From: Minisyncoccia bacterium
GTDB taxonomy: Bacteria > Patescibacteriota > Minisyncoccia > Phycocordibacterales > UBA918
Assembly: GCA_046598345.1 (NCBI GenBank)
Contig: JBKJIT010000004.1
Span: forward strand, 69,702 to 133,701
DNA: 64,000 nucleotides
Direction: 5' to 3'
Below the pieces are notes generated by a model. It searched no databases. It saw nothing but the letters and a program-made list of their open reading frames with translations, and was not told where the DNA came from. Both the position numbers and the translations under genes were made by a program. This document shows positions 56,739-64,000 of this stretch, in pieces (position 1 is the stretch's first letter; every line of letters begins with the position of its first letter).

Positions 56739-56810
56739 TGACCTCACGGAGAATCGAACTCCGATTTGCTGGATGAGAACCAGCTGTCCTAACCGTTAGA
56801 CGATGAGGCC
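56739..56810 (-). tRNA. tRNA-Glu (anticodon CUC)
   Basis: Manual fold: acceptor GGCCTCA/TGAGGTC, D-arm TCGTCTAACGGTTAGGACA, anticodon stem-loop GCTGG-TTCTCAT-CCAGC, T-arm CGGAG-TTCGATT-CTCCG, discriminator A; no encoded CCA. Confidence 0.8.
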
Positions 56811-57045
56811 GTATATTTGATTTTCACTAAACCGCAAGTTTATAAGAATGAGTGAGAAGTGATTTTATATCACTTCGCAAGACTTTGACAGATATTTTGT
56901 TAAAAATATCTGTCAAAGTGGACAGTCGCTGTAAGCGATCGTAAAAGAGTATCCCACACTCTTTTACTCCCATCCGTTGACGATCATGCCGACTTGATTT
57001 GAACGGCATAGTTATACCAGATTTACTCTCTTTATTAAAGAGAGG

Positions 57046-58758
57046 ATGGACTCCTGTATACTAGAGGACATGACACAGAAACAGGCGCTTGAGATACTTA
57101 AAACGGGAGCAAATGTGTTCCTAACCGGAGAACCCGGAGCAGGAAAGACGTATGTTCTGAACGAGTACATCGAGTGGCTCATGGACCACGACATCAGTGT
57201 GGCCATTACCGCATCGACCGGAATCGCAGCGACGCATATTGGCGGTATGACTATCCACTCGTGGAGTGGTATTGGCGCGAGAGACACCTTGAATCAGTAC
57301 GACTTAGACGCAATCATCAGCAAAGAAAAAACCATGAAGCGTCTTCAGAAGGCGAAGGTCTTGGTGATTGATGAAATCTCCATGCTCGATGGGAGGGTGC
57401 TCGATATGGTCGAAACAGTGTGCCGGGTTGGCCGGGGAAATGGAGATTCGTTTGGTGGACTCCAAATCATTCTCGTTGGGGATTTTTTTCAGCTGCCACC
57501 AATCGCAGGGAGGGGAGAGATGTCTCGTTTTGCGTTTGAGTCACGCTCGTGGGAAAGTGCAAAATTCCTCACGAGTTATCTCACAGAGCAGCATCGCCAA
57601 GAAGACGATCTCCTCCTTGGGCTTCTGTCGTCCATCCGCAAAAATGACGTTGAGGAATCTCACTACACACTCCTTTCTGAGCAAACAGAAATTGGGTTTC
57701 CTGATATCGAACCTACGAAGCTCTACACGCACAACAGCGATGTCGATGCGGTCAATTTAGAAAAACTGCGAGGGCTCACCACTTCTGGTGCAACATTCAA
57801 AATGGCTGCACGAGGGAATAAGCAGCTCCTCGTTGGACTCGTAAAGAATTGCCTCTCACCCGAAGTACTCGAACTCAGAAAGGATGCGATGGTGATGTGT
57901 ACGAAGAATAATTTTGAGGTTGGGTATGTAAACGGAACACTCGGTCGTGTCACCGCTTTTGACAAGGAAGACGGGTACCCAATTATCGAGACGAGTGACG
58001 GACGTTCGCTTAAGATTTTACCGACTACGTGGACTATCGGAGAAGATGGAAAGCTTCTCGCTGAGATTTCTCAGGTACCACTTCGTCTTGCGTGGGCTAT
58101 CACGATACATAAGAGTCAGGGAATGTCGCTCGACGCTGCTGAAATTGATCTTCGGAATGCGTTCACGTACGGGCAAGGCTACGTTGCGTTATCACGTGTA
58201 CGCACACTTACGGGGATGAAAGTGCTCGGTCTTAACTCCCAAGCGCTTCTTGTGGATCCTCGGGTCGTGCATCGTGACGCGCGCTTCCGCGAGGAGTCAG
58301 AAGATGGTGAGTCTGCGTTCAATGAAATGGAAGAAGGCGAGATCGAGGGTATGCAAAAGAGCTTTGTACTTGCAACTGGTGGCACATGGGAAGTTGAAGA
58401 GAGAAAGGAGCGTGGGAATCGTGCTGTTTCCTCTCGCCTTGAAAAAGAAAACACCTTTCTTACCACTAAAGCCCTCATTGAAAAGAGACTTACTCCTGAG
58501 GCTATTGCACGCGAGCGAAAAATGGCACTTTCCACTATTTGGTCACACATCGAAAAGCTTTCCGACGAAGGGGCAATTTCAAAAGACGACCTTCAGGGTC
58601 TCATTCCATCAAACATTTCGTGGCCCGCGATTTACCCAGACATCGCCTCCGCATTTCTGAAACACGGCACAGAAAAACTTAAGCCAGTCTATGAAGAGCT
58701 CAAGGAGGCGTATGATTATGATTTAATTCGCCTTGGACGTATTCTCTACAAGAAATAA
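57046..58758 (+). CDS. Pif1/RecD-family ATP-dependent DNA helicase with C-terminal HTH-like domain
   Basis: Walker A 'LTGEPGAGKTY', Walker B 'VLVIDEISM', 'ILVGDFFQLPP', 'ITIHKSQGMS'. Confidence 0.7.
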   Translation: MDSCILEDMTQKQALEILKTGANVFLTGEPGAGKTYVLNEYIEWLMDHDISVAITASTGIAATHIGGMTIHSWSGIGARDTLNQYDLDAIISKEKTMKRLQKAKVLVIDEISMLDGRVLDMVETVCRVGRGNGDSFGGLQIILVGDFFQLPPIAGRGEMSRFAFESRSWESAKFLTSYLTEQHRQEDDLLLGLLSSIRKNDVEESHYTLLSEQTEIGFPDIEPTKLYTHNSDVDAVNLEKLRGLTTSGATFKMAARGNKQLLVGLVKNCLSPEVLELRKDAMVMCTKNNFEVGYVNGTLGRVTAFDKEDGYPIIETSDGRSLKILPTTWTIGEDGKLLAEISQVPLRLAWAITIHKSQGMSLDAAEIDLRNAFTYGQGYVALSRVRTLTGMKVLGLNSQALLVDPRVVHRDARFREESEDGESAFNEMEEGEIEGMQKSFVLATGGTWEVEERKERGNRAVSSRLEKENTFLTTKALIEKRLTPEAIARERKMALSTIWSHIEKLSDEGAISKDDLQGLIPSNISWPAIYPDIASAFLKHGTEKLKPVYEELKEAYDYDLIRLGRILYKK

Positions 58759-58884
58759 TTTTAAGACTCAGCTACTTTGTTATCTTCGTCATTCAAAACT
58801 TATGTAGTTCGTAAAACATGCCCCCATCATGTTTTACTGCCTCAGCTTTTCTTTCCTCGATGCCTCGTACCTGAGGTCTTAAAA
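58759..58884 (+). repeat. Stop-codon-adjacent hairpin-flanked element, copy C (after helicase)
   Basis: AGCTACTTTGTTATCTTCGTC...GTAAAACATGcccccatCATGTTTTAC...GATGCCTCGTACCTGAGGTC flanked by ttttaagactcag / ctgaggtcttaaaa. Confidence 0.55.
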
Positions 58885-58905
58885 TGATTTCTTGTTAGTA
58901 TAGAT

Positions 58906-59355
58906 ATGCAATTCAAGTGGTTTAGCGGAAAGAGAAGAAAAAGAGTGCGTCGTGTGCGCAAGCTTTCCCGTGCTGCTACCCTGCATTACGAAACGCATAA
59001 AGAACACGCTCGCAGCGTCGTACACGAGCGCCTCACGCACTGGAATCAGTTTTATGGGTTTACCTATGGGCGTGTGTCTATCAAGAATCAGCGCTCCTGC
59101 TGGGGAAGCTGTTCAGCTAAAGGGAATTTAAATTTCAACTACAAAATTATTTTTCTCCCTGAGGTGCTCATGGATTACATTATTGTCCACGAGCTTTGTC
59201 ATTTGGCAGAGTTGAATCACGGAGCTTCATTTTGGTCGCAGGTTGCGCACGTTATCCCTAATTTCACCCTGCACAAATCATCTCTTCGCCTCATACGCAT
59301 TGTCCCTGAGAATGGGTTTGAGACCAGTGTTCATCAGCTCATGCACGGAAATTAA
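58906..59355 (+). CDS. YgjP-like (DUF45/WLM-type) metal-dependent hydrolase
   Basis: 'YIIVHELCHLAELNHGASFW' HExxH...H zinc motif. Confidence 0.55.
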   Translation: MQFKWFSGKRRKRVRRVRKLSRAATLHYETHKEHARSVVHERLTHWNQFYGFTYGRVSIKNQRSCWGSCSAKGNLNFNYKIIFLPEVLMDYIIVHELCHLAELNHGASFWSQVAHVIPNFTLHKSSLRLIRIVPENGFETSVHQLMHGN

Positions 59356-59356
59356 T

Positions 59357-60016
59357 ATGGAATCAAAAACCATTCTGCTTATTGATAAGCCAAAAGGAAT
59401 CACGTCATTTGATGTCATTCGAAGATTGCGCCGTACGCTTAACATTAAAAAAATGGGGCATGCTGGTACTCTGGATCCGCTTGCCACAGGGCTCATGATA
59501 ATCGGAGTGGGTGAGGGTACAAAGCGTCTTACTGAATATATAAAGTTACCCAAAGAGTACCTCGCTGAAGCTCTTATCGGTGAACGGCGAAGCACCGGGG
59601 ATATGGAGGGAGAGATTTTGGAATCCGCTCATGTTCCTGAAATTCCAAAAGAATTAATTCAGAAGACAGTAGAAAGTATGGTTGGCACAATGCTGCTCCC
59701 CGTCTCTGCCTACTCTGCAATTAAGAAAGATGGAGTTCCGATGTACAAACGGGCACGAAAGGCAGAGAAGAGCGGGGAAGTCGTCCTGGATGTTCCGCTT
59801 CGAAGTATGACGGTCACCGGAGCAGAGCTCGAAGGAGTTTCGTACAAAGATTCAAAATATGTGTTCACCATTCGATTCAATGTTGAAAGCGGTACCTACA
59901 TTCGATCTCTCGCTGAGGAAATAGGGAAGCGGTTGGGTTATCCTGCAACGCTTCAAAACCTGCGACGCACAAGAGTGGGGGATTTTAAAATCGAAGATGC
60001 GGAAATTTTAGAATAA
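59357..60016 (+). CDS. truB: tRNA pseudouridine(55) synthase
   Basis: 'ILLIDKPKGITSFDVIRRLRR...KMGHAGTLDPLATGLMIIGVGEGTK'; start set at ATG 59357, directly after the upstream stop. Confidence 0.85.
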   Translation: MESKTILLIDKPKGITSFDVIRRLRRTLNIKKMGHAGTLDPLATGLMIIGVGEGTKRLTEYIKLPKEYLAEALIGERRSTGDMEGEILESAHVPEIPKELIQKTVESMVGTMLLPVSAYSAIKKDGVPMYKRARKAEKSGEVVLDVPLRSMTVTGAELEGVSYKDSKYVFTIRFNVESGTYIRSLAEEIGKRLGYPATLQNLRRTRVGDFKIEDAEILE

Positions 60017-60066
60017 GAAAAGCACCTCGATGAAAAGGTGCTTCCTCAAAATAAAAACTTGTCGCA

Positions 60067-60408
60067 TTAGATGACAACGTATTTGATCGGCGGACGCCGT
60101 TCGAGGAGCACTTCAAGTGCGCTCACAAACGCTGCATGTTGATCACAGAAGAACTTGTAGCCTTTCACAAGACGGGTGGCAAACCAAATGCATACCATAT
60201 CCCCGATCTTTTGGAAGTGGTAGTTGAATTCAACGGTTTGGCGAAATCGCAGTTCCTCCAGTTTCTTGTTGAATTCGCAGATTTTCTCGTACGTAATCAT
60301 ACTGGCTTCGAGTATGATGCCTTCGACATATCCGTAACTTCCTACAGCACACTTACATTGGATAATGACTCCTTTACATCCGTTACAGAGTTCCAGGGGA
60401 ATTTCCAT
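60067..60408 (-). CDS. hypothetical Cys-rich protein
   Basis: 113 aa, CxxC and CxC pairs. Confidence 0.3.
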   Translation of the reverse strand: MEIPLELCNGCKGVIIQCKCAVGSYGYVEGIILEASMITYEKICEFNKKLEELRFRQTVEFNYHFQKIGDMVCIWFATRLVKGYKFFCDQHAAFVSALEVLLERRPPIKYVVI

Positions 60409-60526
60409 TTCTTCTCCTTCTCTTGTTAAACGAACCTACTCGAGCATTATTAAGTATATCCGCCTATGAAGTCAATAGAATTAAAAAACAGGCGATCCGA
60501 AGACCGCCTGCTACTGTTGTGCGCTG

Positions 60527-60826
60527 TTAGTGGACAGGGCGGAGGTTCGTGCAGTCGATCGTCTCAATCCCAAGGGGTGAGAGGATAGCGAGCATGACTG
60601 CGAGGTCCACGTTGTTGCTTGGCACGTGACGATTCATGACAAGCGAACATACAAGTGGTGATCCGGTCTGGTCGCCATCGACATGGCAATCGAGATGATT
60701 CCCGTGGTCCAGTGCTTGATGCAGAGCAGCTGTCGCGCGATACATTTGCTCGAGTGCAATGTTGGCCGTCACAGTCGCCGTTGCAAAAAGTACTCCTCCT
60801 TCTTGTTTCAAAACTATCTTGCTCAT
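60527..60826 (-). CDS. hypothetical protein
   Basis: 99-aa ORF. Confidence 0.3.
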   Translation of the reverse strand: MSKIVLKQEGGVLFATATVTANIALEQMYRATAALHQALDHGNHLDCHVDGDQTGSPLVCSLVMNRHVPSNNVDLAVMLAILSPLGIETIDCTNLRPVH

Positions 60827-61005
60827 CGTGTTCTCCTTTGTAAAAACATGTAGGTGGAAGGATTGTCGTTGTCATGCACGAAACCGCTGACGAGGACGAA
60901 TCCGGGAATATTATTCTATATAAAACATGAGCTGTCAATGAAGTTTAAAAGCGAAGGAAAAAAAGAGGAGCGCGTTTAAGGCGCTCCTGGTGTCCTGCAA
61001 CTCGA

Positions 61006-61428
61006 TCAGCGGTCGTCTTCCGGGATACCTGCCATGAGTTGCATTTCATGGAGGGCCGCATCTCGCCGCATTACACGTGTGATGATGACCTTTGCAGTTT
61101 CGCCTGCGTGGGTCTCCGCCTTCTGTTGGTCGCGTATGCTTTTCCTTACACGCCGCTTCAATTCGTTGAAGAGATAATGGTACCTCGCTCCAAACTGAAT
61201 GCCGACAAGTGCCTTCTGCACCGCATTGTCGATCTCTTTGAGATCGGTGCCGGCAAATTTCTTTGCTTTTGCCAGCCGTGCGCGTCCGTCGTCGTCGAGC
61301 GTCGATTTATGCTTGGTAAGCAACACGATATTTCCTTTCTCCTCCTGATGGGGAGGGACGTGGTCTAAGGGTTTGCAGTCGGCGATGTTACTCGCTTGCT
61401 GCAGTTTCAGCTTAAGCTGTTCAGACAT
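61006..61428 (-). CDS. hypothetical protein
   Basis: 140-aa ORF, basic. Confidence 0.3.
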   Translation of the reverse strand: MSEQLKLKLQQASNIADCKPLDHVPPHQEEKGNIVLLTKHKSTLDDDGRARLAKAKKFAGTDLKEIDNAVQKALVGIQFGARYHYLFNELKRRVRKSIRDQQKAETHAGETAKVIITRVMRRDAALHEMQLMAGIPEDDR

Positions 61429-61510
61429 GGTTTTCTCCTGTTGAACTCCAATCTATATTATACCATATTTGGTGTTTTTGTCGACCTTATTGTGACAGGA
61501 AGCGGATAAG

Positions 61511-61543
61511 AAAATACCTCGGAAAGCTTAGCTTTCCGAGGTA
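61511..61543 (-). terminator. Rho-independent terminator after the GatB/YqeY gene
   Basis: tacctcggaaagc-tta-gctttccgaggta with a T-run on the - strand. Confidence 0.65.
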
Positions 61544-61556
61544 ATTTCAAGAGGGT

Positions 61557-62012
61557 CTAACTCAACAGTTCTTCAACAACCTTCTTCACATCAGCACCAT
61601 CTGCTTTTCCAGCTAAGTCTTTCATGAGTGAGCCAATGAGTTGTCCCATCTTTGATTTGTCTACCACGCCCATTTCAGCAATCTTGGCTTCTACTACTGG
61701 TCGAATTTCTTCAGCGGTCATCATCTTTGGAAGGTATGATTCGAGGATAATAAGTTCTTCCTTTTCTGGATCCGCGAGCTCATTTCGTCCTGCTGCCTCA
61801 AACTGAACAATGGATTCCTTCCGTTGCTTCGAAAGACGCTTTATTACTGAAAGTACCCCTTCGTCAGTAAGCGTTCCTTGCGGGGTACTGCCGGTTGCCA
61901 CTAGCTCATTAGTGAATGCCGTAAGCATGCTGCGCACTGTACGCAGTTTCGTCGCATCCTTGGCTTTCATTGCGGTTTTTAGCTCGCCTTTGATCTGGTT
62001 ATGTAGTTCCAT
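61557..62012 (-). CDS. GatB/YqeY-domain protein
   Basis: 151 aa, typical YqeY pattern (LKTAMKAKD...LTDEGVLSVIKRLSKQRKESI...GRNELADPEKEE). Confidence 0.8.
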   Translation of the reverse strand: MELHNQIKGELKTAMKAKDATKLRTVRSMLTAFTNELVATGSTPQGTLTDEGVLSVIKRLSKQRKESIVQFEAAGRNELADPEKEELIILESYLPKMMTAEEIRPVVEAKIAEMGVVDKSKMGQLIGSLMKDLAGKADGADVKKVVEELLS

Positions 62013-62065
62013 ATGTAAAAATTAGTTTTTCCATAGTAGCACATAACTCATGCTAAAATACGCAC

Positions 62066-63157
62066 ATGGAAAATCTCCAGATTCTTATTGTGATTCTGCT
62101 TCTCGCGGTGCTTGGAGTACTCATCTACGTTTTCTTCTTTAAAAAAGAAGAAAAAAAGGAGGACACTACAGCACCGGGCCTTATGCTTCTCCAGCAACAA
62201 CTTCAAGAACTCACGCGCACTATGGACGAACGAATGGGGGAGAGTAACAAGGCGATGATGGAGGGTGCGCATACGCAATCTCGTGAAAGCAGACAGCTCA
62301 TCCAAGAAATCAACAAAGAAGTGAACGAACAGCTCCGAAATGTGGTGAAAGGGGTAACAGAAGTCTCAGAATCATCGAAGCACGTTTTTCTTGTTGCTGA
62401 GCAACTTCAAAGTCTTGAGAAAGTGCTGAAGCATCAGAAGCAGCGAGGGAACCTTGGAGAGGCATCACTTCAGCTCGCGCTTGAGAATATGTTGCCACCC
62501 ACTGCATACAAGCTCCAATATCTCTTCCCAGGAGGCGATATGGTGGATGCAGTCATTATGACTAAAGATGGCATGATCACGGTTGATGCGAAGTTTTCAC
62601 TCGATAACTACAGGCGGCTCGTCGACGAGACAGACGATCTTCGGAGAGCAGATCTTGAAAAGGAATTTAAGAACGACCTAAAGAAGCGAATCGATGAAAC
62701 CGCGAAGTACATTCGTCCTCAGGATGGAACACTTCCGTTTGCGTTCATGTACATTCCTGCTGAAGCCATTTACTACGATCTTCTTGTGAACGAAGTGGGA
62801 GCAGTAAAGGTAAATACACGCTCGCTCATTGATTATGCATACAAGGACAAGAATGTCATTATTGTCTCGCCCACAACATTTGCTGCATACCTACAATCAG
62901 TCCTCTATGGTTTCCGTGCATTCAAGGTTGAGGAATCGGCAAAACAAATAGGGAAGCATGTTGAGAGTCTTTCTAGGCATCTTAAGGCGTATGATGACTA
63001 TTTTAAAAAGGTGGGAGCTTCGCTCGGGACGACTGTAAACCATTATAATACGGCTCAAAAAGAGCTTGGAAAGGTAGATAAGGATGTAATGAAAATTACC
63101 GGTTCTAGCCTTGAAATTGAACAGATTGCAATCGAGAAGCCTGTGGCTATAGAATAG
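62066..63157 (+). CDS. rmuC: DNA recombination protein RmuC
   Basis: N-terminal TM, long coiled coil, C-terminal RmuC domain. Confidence 0.7.
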   Translation: MENLQILIVILLLAVLGVLIYVFFFKKEEKKEDTTAPGLMLLQQQLQELTRTMDERMGESNKAMMEGAHTQSRESRQLIQEINKEVNEQLRNVVKGVTEVSESSKHVFLVAEQLQSLEKVLKHQKQRGNLGEASLQLALENMLPPTAYKLQYLFPGGDMVDAVIMTKDGMITVDAKFSLDNYRRLVDETDDLRRADLEKEFKNDLKKRIDETAKYIRPQDGTLPFAFMYIPAEAIYYDLLVNEVGAVKVNTRSLIDYAYKDKNVIIVSPTTFAAYLQSVLYGFRAFKVEESAKQIGKHVESLSRHLKAYDDYFKKVGASLGTTVNHYNTAQKELGKVDKDVMKITGSSLEIEQIAIEKPVAIE

Positions 63158-63253
63158 GTTCATTACTGACTCTTGACAAACTAATTTCATCTTGTACTAT
63201 GTTTTTCGGTAAAGCGTATCCCAATCGTTCGTTGAAACCACGTGAGGCAAAAA

Positions 63254-64000
63254 ATGCAGAATTTTTGGCCATTCCCAACAAAGGAGAACAAATTGAAAGT
63301 AGGATTCAAGGAAGAAAAAGGTTTCTGTATCCAAGTCAGCAAGGGACGTGACCACAATACACCAGTCCCAATCAATATCGTAGACATGTTTCATCAAGTC
63401 CTCGAAGTTGCGGGAGTGAAAAAAGGCAATTTTAGTTTTCAGGTAACGGGAATAAGCACTGTTCGTTTTGACAACTCGAAGATTGGCATGCTTTTTGCGG
63501 ATTCAATTAATAACAACGAAGTTCGCGTGCATGTGAAGTCAGGACGCGGTGACGCGGTCGTAGGAATGTTTAGGATTCCCGTCGAGTACCACATCCCAAG
63601 TAATCTTCTTCCCTTGCTTAAACAAGCAGCTGAAAGGATTCGGGGAGGGAAAGCTATTGTTGTTGCAAAACCGGAATTCCAGGAGCTTCCAACTACCCCG
63701 CAATTGCATGTTGTGTCTGTCGCACCTCCCGATATAGAAAGGAATCCAGTAATGAATGAAAGTTCATCGCATCCTGCTGAGGGATCAAGTAGCACACATG
63801 ATGTCGGTCGATACGACAAAGACACCCTAAAGCTTTTAGTGGCTGACATGGATCATGATGCAGATCCAAATGGATTGTTTTTGCTCACTGACGTGATTAT
63901 CGAAAAGATCTATCGGACGTTTCCCGGGCTTTCTCGTCACGGACTCTCAACAGGCGTTATGTTCAAATTGGTGCATTTCGGACTGATTACAAAGGTCGGG
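63254..64000 (+). CDS. hypothetical protein (3'-partial, runs off the window end)
   Basis: Open frame from ATG 63254 to position 64000 without a stop; not in the supplied ORF track because it has no stop; preferred over the antisense 63439-63849 ORF. Confidence 0.35.
   Translation, partial: MQNFWPFPTKENKLKVGFKEEKGFCIQVSKGRDHNTPVPINIVDMFHQVLEVAGVKKGNFSFQVTGISTVRFDNSKIGMLFADSINNNEVRVHVKSGRGDAVVGMFRIPVEYHIPSNLLPLLKQAAERIRGGKAIVVAKPEFQELPTTPQLHVVSVAPPDIERNPVMNESSSHPAEGSSSTHDVGRYDKDTLKLLVADMDHDADPNGLFLLTDVIIEKIYRTFPGLSRHGLSTGVMFKLVHFGLITKVG

Noticed and set aside
55977-56760. Possible CRISPR array, given the dense direct repeats
   Set aside because: Repeat units are 57 bp and ~150 bp, not 24-48 bp. 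They are not separated by unique spacers of uniform length, and they contain tRNA-derived sequence. No cas genes are nearby.
55900-57046. Intact integrative element or prophage at tRNA-Glu
   Set aside because: att-like duplications are present, but no integrase, excisionase or phage genes lie between them. Only ~0.8 kb of non-coding repeats is there, so only a recombination scar is supported.
63439-63849. 136-aa - strand ORF
   Set aside because: It is fully contained in a longer + strand open frame (63254 to the window end, no stop). The + frame has more protein-like composition. Only one of the two can be real, and the longer one is preferred with low confidence.

Overview
The window is a gene-dense bacterial chromosome fragment of moderate GC. 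Gene content loosely suggests a Patescibacteria/CPR-type organism; this is an inference from the gene set, not from rRNA. Housekeeping blocks on the + strand are mreB-mreC-mreD-PBP2, mraZ-rsmH-ftsL-ftsI-murF, frr-rseP-proS, greA-lysS and truB; fmt-def-priA lie on the - strand. Three things stand out. (1) A roughly 7.9-kb signalling cassette (GAF-histidine kinase, a two-domain KaiC homologue, a stand-alone CheB methylesterase, a single-domain receiver, and a 1250-aa CheB-CheR-PAS-histidine-kinase fusion). It is bracketed by direct copies of a 27-bp motif and abuts a tRNA-Glu whose 3' end is partially duplicated in nested tandem repeats. (2) A family of at least six ~95-110-bp conserved intergenic elements, each immediately after the stop codon of a + strand gene, and each enclosed by a different, locus-specific inverted repeat that overlaps the stop codon. 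(3) Two output-less sensor proteins, a LOV (NCRFLQG) blue-light sensor and a Cache-like/HAMP sensor, that end in the same ~30-aa coiled-coil peptide. Other notable items are an HTH_XRE-MurA fusion with an 18-bp perfect palindrome at its start, two MreB paralogues, a VirD4/TraD-like ATPase beside a 649-aa proline-rich protein, a sortase with a putative substrate, a SWIB-domain protein and a frameshifted GNAT gene. All calls rest on reading the ORF translations and the DNA by eye. No database search was possible.
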